DNA from: a virus
Taxonomy: Duplodnaviria > Caudoviricetes
Direction: 5' to 3' (one strand)
DNA length: 64,000 bases
Virus record (IMG/VR): IMGVR_UViG_3300048998_000149
Span: 1-64,000 of that record
Positions 1 through 9,058 of the stretch are shown piece after piece. The notes under the pieces are model-generated. The model did not search any database. It was not told where the DNA came from and worked only from the letters and a program-made list of their open reading frames with translations. Position numbers and translations under genes: made by a program. The number at the start of each line of letters is the position of its first letter. Position 1 is the first letter of the stretch.

Positions 1-33
1 ACCGGCCGGTCTTCGGGTCCTGGACCAGGCGGC

Positions 34-273
34 TCACCGCTCCTCCTCTCCCCGCCGCGCACGGCAAGCAGCCGGGGTGTGCACGGTCATGTGCATCAGG
101 AACGGATCATCCCGATCCGGGGACACCTCGTAGAGCCTGGGCCCCTCCGGCCGGGTGCCCTCCACTGCGATCATGACAACGGGGGTACCGCAGTTTTCGC
201 ATGGCTCGACGCTGTCTAGAACTGTGCCGAGGCGGTCGGCTGGGATCCTGGGCTGCTCGGGGTCGCCAGTCAT
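34..273 (-). CDS. hypothetical protein (CxxC...H..C zinc motif)
   Basis: ORF in a tightly coupled leftward operon. Confidence 0.6.
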   Translation of the reverse strand: MTGDPEQPRIPADRLGTVLDSVEPCENCGTPVVMIAVEGTRPEGPRLYEVSPDRDDPFLMHMTVHTPAACRARRGEEER

Positions 274-557
274 GGGTGCACCGGGTCGCTGGGCTCGAAC
301 CGGACCTCGACGTGGCCGTTAGAGAGGGCCGAATGGTCATCGACGCTCGCCCAGTTGACGCTCTGCATGTAGTTGCTGACATCGAGCGGGGACAGCCAGC
401 CGCCGTCGATGCTGACGACCGTGTGGCTGTTCGCCTGGATGTGCTTCGACACCCACGCGTCCCGCTCCGCTGGAGCATCGAACGGGATCGCCATCACGTA
501 CCCGACAAAGCCTTCGTCGGAGCACTCCCGACAGATTGCCATGCATCGCTCGCTCAC
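270..557 (-). CDS. hypothetical protein
   Basis: 4-nt overlaps with both neighbours. Confidence 0.65.
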   Translation of the reverse strand: MSERCMAICRECSDEGFVGYVMAIPFDAPAERDAWVSKHIQANSHTVVSIDGGWLSPLDVSNYMQSVNWASVDDHSALSNGHVEVRFEPSDPVHP

Positions 558-679
558 TGTTCCTCCACCGCGCCAGACAGCTTCAACTGCCGCACCGCCT
601 CCGCAGACAGGCCGATCAGCAGTAGGAGCACTTCAGGACTGGTGAACTGACTCAGGATCCAGATCGACAGGGGGATCAC
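554..679 (-). CDS. small hydrophobic protein (41 aa)
   Basis: fills the gap exactly, with GTGA overlaps at both ends. Confidence 0.5.
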   Translation of the reverse strand: MIPLSIWILSQFTSPEVLLLLIGLSAEAVRQLKLSGAVEEQ

Positions 680-831
680 GGGGTGTCATCCGTCTTGGGT
701 GGGAACTCCCGGAACGAGGACTGTGGGTAGTGCACGTCGATCGCGCCGTCCTCGCGCACCTCGATCTCAGCGTGCTCGAACTCCGCCAGTTCCTCGGGCG
801 TCTCATCTGGCGCTTCCCCGTAGCTAGGCAT
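676..831 (-). CDS. small acidic protein
   Basis: ATG just after the upstream stop; GGAGG RBS. Confidence 0.55.
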   Translation of the reverse strand: MPSYGEAPDETPEELAEFEHAEIEVREDGAIDVHYPQSSFREFPPKTDDTP

Positions 832-832
832 G

Positions 833-1315
833 TCAGATCCTCCCGTTCTCGTCCAGCCGCCGTGCCGCCCGCTCGATCGCACCCCGGTTGGCGCGCACCT
901 CGCTACGGGCGATCTCCCGAGCCTGCTCCACGGTGATGCCCGCCTTCCGGCACGCGTCGGGAAGGATGCTCCCGTCACCTCGGGTGATGCCCATGTCCCG
1001 ACCGAAGTAGATCAGGTTAGCCGCGGCCGACCCGGCCGCCAGGATCACCGCGTCGTCCATGGCGTTGGACGGACTCACGCAAGTCCAGCCGTCCCCGTTG
1101 GGTTTCACCCGGGAGCTGGCCCCGTACCCGCGCCGCCGGCTGACCACATAATGCCCGGCCTCGTGGACGCAGTTCTCGGCGCGCAACTCCGTACGGTTCT
1201 TGGCGTAGGGCGTGACGTTGCCGCTGTAGGACGAACCGCCGCCGCTACGGGAACAGAGCGCGCCGAAGATCAGCAGGAAGGCGATGAACGTTGCGCCGCA
1301 GATCAGGCTGGTCAC
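833..1315 (-). CDS. membrane-anchored zinc metallopeptidase-like protein (M41/M50-like)
   Basis: N-terminal TM helix; HEAGH motif; AAGSAA; downstream GD. Confidence 0.7.
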   Translation of the reverse strand: MTSLICGATFIAFLLIFGALCSRSGGGSSYSGNVTPYAKNRTELRAENCVHEAGHYVVSRRRGYGASSRVKPNGDGWTCVSPSNAMDDAVILAAGSAAANLIYFGRDMGITRGDGSILPDACRKAGITVEQAREIARSEVRANRGAIERAARRLDENGRI

Positions 1316-1515
1316 CGCTCACGCTCCTCGACGTGGCCCAGCCCCCGGCACATGCCCGCCGCGTATGCCTCGTTCACCTGCTCCCGCACTTTCAGGGCGC
1401 GGTCGATGCGCCGCTGCGTCCACCAGTTGGGTTCCCATCGGCGCGGATGGCCTGCCCAAACGCCGATATACTCCAGGTCGGCCCACTCGTGCTGGGCGCA
1501 CTCACGACAGGTCAT
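1312..1515 (-). CDS. hypothetical protein
   Basis: ATGA/GTGA coupling. Confidence 0.55.
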   Translation of the reverse strand: MTCRECAQHEWADLEYIGVWAGHPRRWEPNWWTQRRIDRALKVREQVNEAYAAGMCRGLGHVEERER

Positions 1516-1841
1516 GGCTGCTCTCGCTCCTCGACAGCGGCGGCTTCGTCTAGCGGTGGTGTCCACGACAGGCGCACATTGCTCTCGGTGAACGCTTTGA
1601 TCTCGGGCTGCGACAACGGTCGGACCGTCAGCTCTGGGCCGTCCCATTTCGGCGGCGGCGTGCCCTTGCGCAGGAGCCTGATCCACTCCGGCGATACCGT
1701 GGCCGAGACGATGACAGGGTTCCCGGCATCGTTGATGTAGCTGCGGCTCAGCCGAACCAAGTCCAGTTCGATCGCGTCGACACGCCATTCGGTCACGTCA
1801 TTGCCGACCTGGACGATGTCCCACATCTCGAAATCACTCAC
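1512..1841 (-). CDS. hypothetical protein
   Basis: GTGA coupling. Confidence 0.6.
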   Translation of the reverse strand: MSDFEMWDIVQVGNDVTEWRVDAIELDLVRLSRSYINDAGNPVIVSATVSPEWIRLLRKGTPPPKWDGPELTVRPLSQPEIKAFTESNVRLSWTPPLDEAAAVEEREQP

Positions 1842-2062
1842 TGGGTCTTCCTCTCGACAGCGGCGGCCAGGGCGCCCACACAGCGAGCGATGTCTTCCTG
1901 CGTGCCCCGCTCCCACGCCCTTTTTAGCGCGGTCGCGGCCTCGACGATGGGGCGCATCCACAGGTGCTCGTCGCGCCACGCGTTGCCATCCGGGCCGTAC
2001 CACTGCTTCATCTGCGCGCACGACGGACAGTCCCGTGACTCGGACAGTTCGGCATCGCTCAC
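1838..2062 (-). CDS. hypothetical protein (EAATA...AAVE C-terminal module)
   Basis: coupled ORF; tail paralogous to 2264-2713 and 11277-11591. Confidence 0.6.
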   Translation of the reverse strand: MSDAELSESRDCPSCAQMKQWYGPDGNAWRDEHLWMRPIVEAATALKRAWERGTQEDIARCVGALAAAVERKTQ

Positions 2063-2271
2063 GTTCCTTCTCCTGCCCTGATCAGCGCGTCTAGCTCGGC
2101 GTACCGGGACATCATTCGCGGATCGTCCGGCCGGCCGTACAAGCACTCCTTGGCCACCCTTTCCACCTCACGGAGTCGTCTGAACTCGGCCATGAGCCAT
2201 GCCAGCTTCGGGGAGCTCTCGGCCAAGGCTCGATCGGCGATAGCTCGGAACTCCCGCTCGGTCTCACCCAT
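2059..2271 (-). CDS. hypothetical protein
   Basis: coupled ORF. Confidence 0.55.
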   Translation of the reverse strand: MGETEREFRAIADRALAESSPKLAWLMAEFRRLREVERVAKECLYGRPDDPRMMSRYAELDALIRAGEGT

Positions 2272-2713
2272 CGGTCTTCTCCTCGACAGCGGCGACCACC
2301 ACGTCCAGGGCCTCGGCCAGTTGCGGGCTCGCCTCGTGCACGCGTTGTCGCACCGACGGCCGCCAGTGGGGCGCCAGCGCGGTCGCGGCGGCGACGACGG
2401 ATCGGTTTTTCTCCAGCCCGGCACGGAAACCGGCGTCGAACACGGAGGGCTCGAACTCGCGGGCGTACTGCTCCTCCATCACGAAGTCGATGCTGCCTGA
2501 CGCGGTTCCGGAAGAGATGCGTTCGTTCTCGTTCGCCTTCGCGTCGATCTGCTGCGCAATGTGCACCGTCATGGCGTTGAACATCACCGGGTCGCTCACG
2601 ATCAAAAACGAGCAGATCCGACACAGCATGATCGTCGGCAAATCCATGTCGAACGACACCGGCGCCACGTCCTCGGTGCCGCCACAGTTCGAGCACTCCG
2701 GCTCACTCGTCAT
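2264..2713 (-). CDS. hypothetical zinc-finger protein
   Basis: CSNC...CRIC; coupled ORF. Confidence 0.65.
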   Translation of the reverse strand: MTSEPECSNCGGTEDVAPVSFDMDLPTIMLCRICSFLIVSDPVMFNAMTVHIAQQIDAKANENERISSGTASGSIDFVMEEQYAREFEPSVFDAGFRAGLEKNRSVVAAATALAPHWRPSVRQRVHEASPQLAEALDVVVAAVEEKTDG

Positions 2714-3044
2714 CGCCCTGGACCTCCGCCCCCGTCTGGCCCCCGCCGCTCTCCAGCTCGGCCACCTTCGCGTCGATCACCTGCGCAATGTGCAGCGCGA
2801 TGCTCCGTGCAACCACAGCGCCGGCCTCGTCCCGGCTCGTCCACGAGGACTGTCTGATCTTCTCGGCCGTCTCCCGCAGGATCCGCACCTGCGCCGCCCG
2901 GGCAATGTCCCCAGTGAACTCGTCCCACTCGCCCGCGGCGAACTTCAGTCCGCCGCTGTTGGGCGTCGCCGTCGATACGTGCACCGTCCCGTTGGCTTCG
3001 TTCACGTAAACGCGGACGGCTGCCGTTCCTTTCACCTCAGGCAT
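2703..3044 (-). CDS. hypothetical protein
   Basis: coupled ORF. Confidence 0.6.
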   Translation of the reverse strand: MPEVKGTAAVRVYVNEANGTVHVSTATPNSGGLKFAAGEWDEFTGDIARAAQVRILRETAEKIRQSSWTSRDEAGAVVARSIALHIAQVIDAKVAELESGGGQTGAEVQGDDE

Positions 3045-3238
3045 CAGTTGTTCCCTGCCCTCTTCGGGTCGTAGTGGGAGTTCTCCCGGCTAGTGCCGGC
3101 GCTGTACAGCTCCGTCAGATGCTCGGCGCTGTGCTGGCGCGCGACCTTCCGCATGCCAGCCAGATCTTGCGCTGGGATCGTGTTGACCGGCTCACCCCGA
3201 CCGGAGGCGCCGTCACTGTTGCGGGTACCGAAGCCCAT
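3044..3238 (-). CDS. hypothetical protein
   Basis: TGATG overlap with the next gene. Confidence 0.5.
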   Translation of the reverse strand: MGFGTRNSDGASGRGEPVNTIPAQDLAGMRKVARQHSAEHLTELYSAGTSRENSHYDPKRAGNN

Positions 3239-3239
3239 G

Positions 3240-3401
3240 TCAGTGCGCCCTCTTCCAGTTGTCGTAACGCTCGATCATCAGCGCGAGGAAGATGACGACG
3301 GCCGCTCCGATCGCCCACTTGGAATCCCCGACCCAGCCGTAGATCAGCAGGGACCAGGCGACGGTCGAGCCGATCAGCCAGTTCCGTGTCAATGCGCTCA
3401 T
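3240..3401 (-). CDS. small two-TM membrane protein
   Basis: two hydrophobic helices; GGAG RBS; first gene after the promoter. Confidence 0.65.
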   Translation of the reverse strand: MSALTRNWLIGSTVAWSLLIYGWVGDSKWAIGAAVVIFLALMIERYDNWKRAH

Positions 3402-3438
3402 CGCTGACTCCAGGGGTGGGGGGTTGCTGTCTAAACTC

Positions 3439-3468
3439 ATCATACAGCGAGCCGCTCGGTTCTGGCAA
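3439..3468 (-). promoter_or_regulatory. sigmaA-type early promoter TTGCCA-N18-TATGAT
   Basis: member of a 5-copy family GTATTGC..CTGTATGATG. Confidence 0.75.
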
Positions 3469-3482
3469 TACCCAAGGTCTGG

Positions 3483-3662
3483 CTATGCGGCGTCAGTCGC
3501 CGCCTCAGGCACACACTGCGCGACCTTGGGGTGATGCACGTACGCGTACGAAAACTCGGGGGTACCGTCAGAGTGAGTGTCGATCACATGGGCGTATTGC
3601 ACGTGAGGTTCGCTCGAACCGATTTTCGAGCAGCAGCGCTCACATAGCCGGATGTCATCCAT
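3483..3662 (-). CDS. small zinc-binding hypothetical protein
   Basis: CERC...H..C. Confidence 0.55.
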   Translation of the reverse strand: MDDIRLCERCCSKIGSSEPHVQYAHVIDTHSDGTPEFSYAYVHHPKVAQCVPEAATDAA

Positions 3663-3900
3663 GACCAGACCCCGCAGGTGGCGCGAGGAACGCTGGGCTA
3701 CGGGGCTCGCCGACCGGGCCCTGCGCCAAGCCGTGTTCCTCCACATATTCGGCCGCCGCGATCAACAGGTCGGCGGCCTCCAAGAGGTCCTCGTGCACGT
3801 CCACAAGTCGATCTGGGGGAGTAGCGGCGATCACGGCCGCGTTGTAGGCGAGCAGCCGGGCCAGCTCGGACAGGGGGACGTGCGCATAGGCGTGGGTCAC
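3655..3900 (-). CDS. hypothetical protein
   Basis: preceded by the GAGGCACCAC start motif. Confidence 0.65.
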   Translation of the reverse strand: MTHAYAHVPLSELARLLAYNAAVIAATPPDRLVDVHEDLLEAADLLIAAAEYVEEHGLAQGPVGEPRSPAFLAPPAGSGHG

Positions 3901-3933
3901 GGGTGGTGCCTCTCGTTCGGGCCGCAGGGGTGG

Positions 3934-4509
3934 TTAGCGGCCTTGCTGGTCGAGCCACTTGCGGTACGCCGGGATGGCGATAGCCCACAGCCGCCGGCAC
4001 ATCTCGTTGCGCTTCACACCAGCCCGGTCCGCCAACGCCTCGATCTCCTCGCGCTGCGCCGGGACTGATCTACTACCTACTCGATGCCACGCGGCAGCCT
4101 GAAACGGGGGCATCTCGGCGACGTACTTGATCACCTCGCCGTCCAGCAGTTCCACCGCAGGATGTTCTTGGGCTTGGGCGGGGAGCTTGGGTTCACCGAG
4201 CGCGCCCGTCAGGATTTCGTCAGTGGTGACCCCGAAGATCCGGGACAGCGTCAACAGTTCGTCGAGGTGGACGCTGCGGTTCCGTCCCGTTTGGACGGCG
4301 GAGACGGTGTCGGCGGTCCAGGTGGTGTGGTTGGCGGCGCGCATCTTCTCGGCCAGCTTGTCCTGCGTCAGCCCGCTCTGCATGCGCAGTTCCCGTATCG
4401 CATCTCCGACACGGCGTTTCATGCCGGCAAGATCCAGGTCGGGTTTGGTTTTGCCGTAGCGGGCGCCGCGTCGGCGCAGCTCGTCGGGGTCGCGTCGTTC
4501 CTGACTCAC
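3934..4509 (-). CDS. XRE-family HTH transcriptional regulator
   Basis: VGDAIRELRMQSGLTQDKLAEKM...VSAVQTG..SVHLDELLTLSRIFGV. Confidence 0.85.
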   Translation of the reverse strand: MSQERRDPDELRRRGARYGKTKPDLDLAGMKRRVGDAIRELRMQSGLTQDKLAEKMRAANHTTWTADTVSAVQTGRNRSVHLDELLTLSRIFGVTTDEILTGALGEPKLPAQAQEHPAVELLDGEVIKYVAEMPPFQAAAWHRVGSRSVPAQREEIEALADRAGVKRNEMCRRLWAIAIPAYRKWLDQQGR

Positions 4510-4889
4510 GGCGCGTCCTGCCAGTCCCTGGCCAGCACGTATGTGTCGCACGGGAAGCTGATCCCGTAGTCGTCGCTGCACTCCTTGCAGTTCGGCTCGT
4601 ACGGGTCATCACGGACTGGGCGATGCAGTTCGAAAATCGCCCGACGAAGCCCCGAAGCTGCCTCGACTGCCGCCTCGTGAGCGGCCACGATCCCGTCGTT
4701 GTGCAGGCGCTTTATGTCCAGCTCGGCTTGGCGCTGCGCCTTCTCGGCAGCCCACAGCGCTTTTTGCGCCTCCTCCACGCGCCATTCGCGCTCAGCCATG
4801 AGCCAGTGAAGGAGGCGCGTCTCCTCGGGCGTGCACATGCGGGCCGTCTTCGGGCCATCCTCAGATGCTGGGAAAACCATGGGGCTCAC
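4506..4889 (-). CDS. hypothetical protein
   Basis: LHRP...CKEC...FPCDT motif typical of actinophage ORFs. Confidence 0.65.
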   Translation of the reverse strand: MSPMVFPASEDGPKTARMCTPEETRLLHWLMAEREWRVEEAQKALWAAEKAQRQAELDIKRLHNDGIVAAHEAAVEAASGLRRAIFELHRPVRDDPYEPNCKECSDDYGISFPCDTYVLARDWQDAP

Positions 4890-6004
4890 GCTGCTCCTGG
4901 GAGGCTGACCGGCATGACCAGGTGCCGGTAGGTGTCAGGGTCATCACCTACAACGAGCACGGGGCGCCGGTTGGTGGCGCCGAAGTGCGCGGTGACCCGC
5001 TCCGACCCTGCCGCCTCCAGGGCGTCCTTCAGGTAGGCGGAGTTGAAGGCGATTTCGATGGGTTCGCCTTCGCAGTCGGCGCCGAACTCGACCACAGCCG
5101 ACCGGTCATCACCCGCGACTGACACGGCCACGGTGTTGTCGCTGGTAGTGAGGGTGAGCTGGCCGGTTTTGTCGGTCGAGGTTGGCGAGGCTTGGGTGAT
5201 GGCCCGAAGTAGGTCGGCGGTGTCCAGGTTGACGTGCCTGCCTGCGGGAACGGGCATGAGGGTGCGCCAGCGGGGGAACTCGGCGTCCAACACTCGGCCG
5301 GTGGTCAAATACCCGTCGGCGGCGAATCCGAGGAGACCACCGACGGCAGTCAACGTCATCGGTTCGCCGTCCGACCCAGCCGCCCTCGCCGCGACGTTCA
5401 ACAGCTCGGCGGGCACCAGCATGGCGAACGGGCTGGCAGGGTCGGCGGGGGTCCACGGGATCACGGCGGCGCCCAGCTGATACCGGTTTGTCGCGGCAAG
5501 CGTCAACGTGTCGCCGTTGCCCTCCAGTTTGATGCCGGTCAGCATCGGCAGGGTTGGGTCGGTGGATGCCGCGCGGATGACTCTGCGGACCGCTTGGCGC
5601 AGGTCGCCGGTGTTCACGACACCCACCTCGGAGCCCTGGTCGGGCAGCTTCGGATAGTCGTCGTGGGGGAGTAGCGGCAGCGTCCACCGGGCCCGCCCCG
5701 CGGTGACTACGACCGAACCGGCCGAGCTGTCGATGCGCAGCGTCTCGTTCTTCCCGGCCACTTTCGCCACATCGACCAGCAGCCGGGCTGGGACCAGCAT
5801 GCGGCCCGGCGTGGCGACAGTGACCTCGAGTGTGGCGGTGGCGCGGCGCTCGTAGTCGAACCCCGACATGGTCAGCCGGTGATCCTCCCCGGCGTCGATG
5901 AGGAGGCCCATCAGCATCGGCAGCGGCGACTTGGCGGGCGTAGCCCTCGCCGCCCACTCGGCTGCGGTGTACAACTCCCCAGCGGGCACGGTGAATGCGG
6001 TCAT
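4886..6004 (-). CDS. dnaN: DNA polymerase III beta sliding clamp
   Basis: 372 aa; DYPKLP, LPMLTGI, AATNRYQL, EFPRWR, IAFNSAYLKDAL, LVMPV motifs. Confidence 0.93.
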   Translation of the reverse strand: MTAFTVPAGELYTAAEWAARATPAKSPLPMLMGLLIDAGEDHRLTMSGFDYERRATATLEVTVATPGRMLVPARLLVDVAKVAGKNETLRIDSSAGSVVVTAGRARWTLPLLPHDDYPKLPDQGSEVGVVNTGDLRQAVRRVIRAASTDPTLPMLTGIKLEGNGDTLTLAATNRYQLGAAVIPWTPADPASPFAMLVPAELLNVAARAAGSDGEPMTLTAVGGLLGFAADGYLTTGRVLDAEFPRWRTLMPVPAGRHVNLDTADLLRAITQASPTSTDKTGQLTLTTSDNTVAVSVAGDDRSAVVEFGADCEGEPIEIAFNSAYLKDALEAAGSERVTAHFGATNRRPVLVVGDDPDTYRHLVMPVSLPGAA

Positions 6005-6462
6005 GACTCAGTCACTAGTCCGCCGGTGGCGCTTCCCAGGGGCACGACGTAGATGTCGAACCCGTACGCGTAGTAGAACGGGTTGCCGCACGACCACCCG
6101 ACCGTGAGTTCGAGGACATCCCCCATGTCGGCGTAGATGTGCCAGCGGGTAAAGCCGCCCGTGGTCCCCACTCCGGTGATGATGTGGTCGACGCGCTCCG
6201 GGTGCAGGAGGAATGACTTCAGTTCGGTGTAGGCACAGCAGTCGTCGGCGTCGGCGAGTCCGACCTGAGTGCCGTCATCCAGGGTCAGGACGAACTGCTC
6301 CATGGTGTCGACGTCCTCCGAGAAGGACCACCGCTTCACCGGGAGAGTCTTCCTCTCGGCCGACACGATGCGGCGGCCGACAACCGTGCTGGCCAGGTCG
6401 GCGACGTTCTGCGGCATCGTGCCGTCGTCGTCCTCACCGAGTAGCTCCACTGCGTAGCTCAT
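6001..6462 (-). CDS. conserved actinophage hypothetical protein
   Basis: DCCA...SCGNPFYYAYGFDI motif. Confidence 0.75.
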   Translation of the reverse strand: MSYAVELLGEDDDGTMPQNVADLASTVVGRRIVSAERKTLPVKRWSFSEDVDTMEQFVLTLDDGTQVGLADADDCCAYTELKSFLLHPERVDHIITGVGTTGGFTRWHIYADMGDVLELTVGWSCGNPFYYAYGFDIYVVPLGSATGGLVTES

Positions 6463-6764
6463 GCCACCGCCTCCGGGGACTTAGCCTCGGCGCGGCCGTC
6501 CGTGAGGCCCTTGTCGTAGCCCTCGACGTGGCCTTCCTCGTGGCCCCGGTCATACCCGTCGTCGAATCCTTCGGCACGGCCCTCGTCGTGGCCACGCTCG
6601 TAGTCCTCGGTGTCGCCGCCGTCGGAGTCCCACACTGGGGCTTTCGCCACCGGTACGTAGTACTGGACGGTCACAGTGCCGTCGTCGCGGAGCACGCTCA
6701 GCGGGGCGCGCGCATGCCACTCCACCGAGACGGTGCCCCTCTCGTCGTCCACAAAAATCCTCAT
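6459..6764 (-). CDS. hypothetical protein with (G-Y/H/F-x-E/D) repeats
   Basis: YERGHDEGRAEGFDDGYDRG repeats. Confidence 0.65.
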   Translation of the reverse strand: MRIFVDDERGTVSVEWHARAPLSVLRDDGTVTVQYYVPVAKAPVWDSDGGDTEDYERGHDEGRAEGFDDGYDRGHEEGHVEGYDKGLTDGRAEAKSPEAVA

Positions 6765-6878
6765 CGGGCTGCCTTTCAGGTGGGCGGGAATCCCGCGGGT
6801 TCCCGTTCGGGATTCCTCCGGGACACATCCGGGAGGGGCCGGGTTCCTGCCGCACGGGAAACGGCGGGAACCCGCAGG

Positions 6879-7205
6879 TCAGGCGGCTATCTTGGCTTGC
6901 GCCCAGCCGCGTGCCACGGCCTCCCGGGCCTTCGGGAGGCTGCCGTACATGCCCACGACGCGGTCGGTCGGGACGTGGATCAGGAGCCACGGGGTGCCGG
7001 GGGACTCCTCGCGTTCGAACTTCCATTCGCCGTCGGCGCTGACCGCCGCCCAGGTCTCCATGCGGGTAGGCCCGTCGGGTTGGTTGACGCGGCGGAACGT
7101 TGGGCGTTGGAGGGTGAGCTTCGGGTCCAGGTCGACCATGGGCCGACGGGGACGTTTACGCGGGGTGGGGGTCCAGCCAGCGGGCGGGGTGGTGGAGAAC
7201 TGCAT
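6879..7205 (-). CDS. hypothetical early protein
   Basis: follows promoter 7250-7278; AGGAG RBS. Confidence 0.7.
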   Translation of the reverse strand: MQFSTTPPAGWTPTPRKRPRRPMVDLDPKLTLQRPTFRRVNQPDGPTRMETWAAVSADGEWKFEREESPGTPWLLIHVPTDRVVGMYGSLPKAREAVARGWAQAKIAA

Positions 7206-7249
7206 GGGGGCGCTCCTGGGGTGGAAGGTCGCGCTGTGCGTCTAGTTGC

Positions 7250-7278
7250 ATCATACAGCAGTGCGTGCGGTATAGCAA
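7250..7278 (-). promoter_or_regulatory. sigmaA-type early promoter TTGCTA-N17-TATGAT
   Basis: 5-copy promoter family. Confidence 0.8.
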
Positions 7279-7280
7279 TA

Positions 7281-7784
7281 CTACGCAGCGAGGGGGTCAG
7301 ACGCCGGATGCCACACGCCGTCGCCCGGGATGACCAAGTGCAGACCGTGTCGCAGGATCGGCACGTCCTCTGGTCGGCGAGCCTCGCCTCGGATGGCGAA
7401 CCCCAGGTCGTAGGCCATCTGGCGGTCCTTGGTGTTCTCGGCGCGATCGTGACAACCGCCGGGGGATGTGGCACTTCCACACAGGACGATCACGTTCGCC
7501 GGGGTGTGCAACTCGGCGCCCTGCCTGCCGCCCATGCCATGAGCACGACGGTGCTGTCTGCTGAACGGCTGGCCGTCGATCGAGCGGGCACACCAGTCGC
7601 AACACCACTCGGCGCGGACCAGCACCATCGCGGCGAGTGCAACCGGCATCGGCACCCGACCGGTGCGGGCCTTCGGCTTTTTCGTCGCTGGCTCGACCGG
7701 CTGCCGGGGCGAGGGAATCTTGCGCTCGATCGGCTTGTCCCGGTTCATCGGAGCCTTCCTCGGCCCTAGCGGCGATCTCTTCAT
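7281..7784 (-). CDS. HNH-like endonuclease
   Basis: CDWC...QHRR..GMGG...NVIVLCG...CH. Confidence 0.7.
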   Translation of the reverse strand: MKRSPLGPRKAPMNRDKPIERKIPSPRQPVEPATKKPKARTGRVPMPVALAAMVLVRAEWCCDWCARSIDGQPFSRQHRRAHGMGGRQGAELHTPANVIVLCGSATSPGGCHDRAENTKDRQMAYDLGFAIRGEARRPEDVPILRHGLHLVIPGDGVWHPASDPLAA

Positions 7785-9058
7785 GCCGCGCCGTCCTCGT
7801 CGAACAGGTCGCCCTGGCCGGTGATCTGCGGCTTGATCGCCGACACCACATCTGGGTCAAGGCCGGCCGCGCGAGCGCGTTCCTTCGGATCGCTGGCGCG
7901 CCACTGGGCGAGCCGTAGGTAGTCGGCCGACAACTCCACGCCTATGCCGCGCCGGCCGAGCATGGCGGCCACCAGTGCGGTCGTGCCGGTCCCGGAGAAC
8001 GGGTCGAGCACCACGCCGAGCGTGGAGGGTGACGTGGTGTCGGGGCAGTCGCAGGCCCAGCCGGTCAGGGTGCGCTCTGTGTGCTCGATATGCCGCCGGC
8101 CGGTAGCGGTGTCGAACCGACCAGCATCCCCGTACAGCGCACCCGTGACCGATTCGGTGCCGCGCATCCGCCGGGTGTCCACTACCGGTCGGCGGCCTTC
8201 GCCGCACGCGGTGCACACCTCGCGTGGTGACCAGCCCTGGATGATCCGACGCGGCCACGCCATCGGGAACGCCGCGAAGTGATCCACACCCAGCGCCGCG
8301 GGCACGGTCAGCGGCTGCGTGGGGATCGTCCACACGCTGCCGGGCAGCTTCCCCAGCGGGTTCGTCGCGCGTACCGTGCCGCGCCGGTTTTCCGTGCCGT
8401 CGTTGCCGCTCGGATCGCCGGGTGTCGTGCGGGTGTAGCCCAGGCCGCGCGCCGTATCGGACAGGCCGGCGCCCGTGTGCTGCTCGCGGATTTCGTCGAC
8501 CGCCGAGAAATACCGGGGCGCCTTCGTCAGGTGCACCCAGTCTTCGTGTGAGCGCCGCACCCGATCCGTCACGCTCTCCGGCAACCCGTTCGGCTTCGAC
8601 CAGATCAACACCGCGCGGGCGATCAGGTCGAGCTCGTCGACACACCTGATCCGGTACCGCTCGGGCAACAGCATCAGCGACTTCGGGCGACCGGGCAGAA
8701 TTCGGCCCGCCGCACGACCTGCGCCCATTTGCTGTTTGGGGCCGCCACCGACGTGCCCGTTGCCGCGTAGCGTGCTGCTCGCGCTCGGGGCGCCACCGCC
8801 CGTGCTTCCGGCGTACTTGTCGCCCAGGTTGATCCACAGGCTCCCCGACGGTTTGAGCACTCGCACCATCTCGGCAGTGCAGGCGATCAGCGCATCCAGG
8901 AACTCCTTCGGGGTCGGCTCCGAGCCGATCTGCCCGTCATAGCCGTAGTCCCGCAAACCGAAGTAGGGCGGTGAAGTGCAGATCAAATCCACCGAGCTGT
9001 CGGGCAGCGGCAGGTTGCGGGCGTCGCCGCGCAGCAGCAACGGCATCGGAACCCTCAT
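7781..9058 (-). CDS. DNA methyltransferase, N4-C/N6-A beta class
   Basis: TSPPY catalytic motif precedes DPFSGTGTT SAM motif; HFAAFP. Confidence 0.9.
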   Translation of the reverse strand: MRVPMPLLLRGDARNLPLPDSSVDLICTSPPYFGLRDYGYDGQIGSEPTPKEFLDALIACTAEMVRVLKPSGSLWINLGDKYAGSTGGGAPSASSTLRGNGHVGGGPKQQMGAGRAAGRILPGRPKSLMLLPERYRIRCVDELDLIARAVLIWSKPNGLPESVTDRVRRSHEDWVHLTKAPRYFSAVDEIREQHTGAGLSDTARGLGYTRTTPGDPSGNDGTENRRGTVRATNPLGKLPGSVWTIPTQPLTVPAALGVDHFAAFPMAWPRRIIQGWSPREVCTACGEGRRPVVDTRRMRGTESVTGALYGDAGRFDTATGRRHIEHTERTLTGWACDCPDTTSPSTLGVVLDPFSGTGTTALVAAMLGRRGIGVELSADYLRLAQWRASDPKERARAAGLDPDVVSAIKPQITGQGDLFDEDGAA

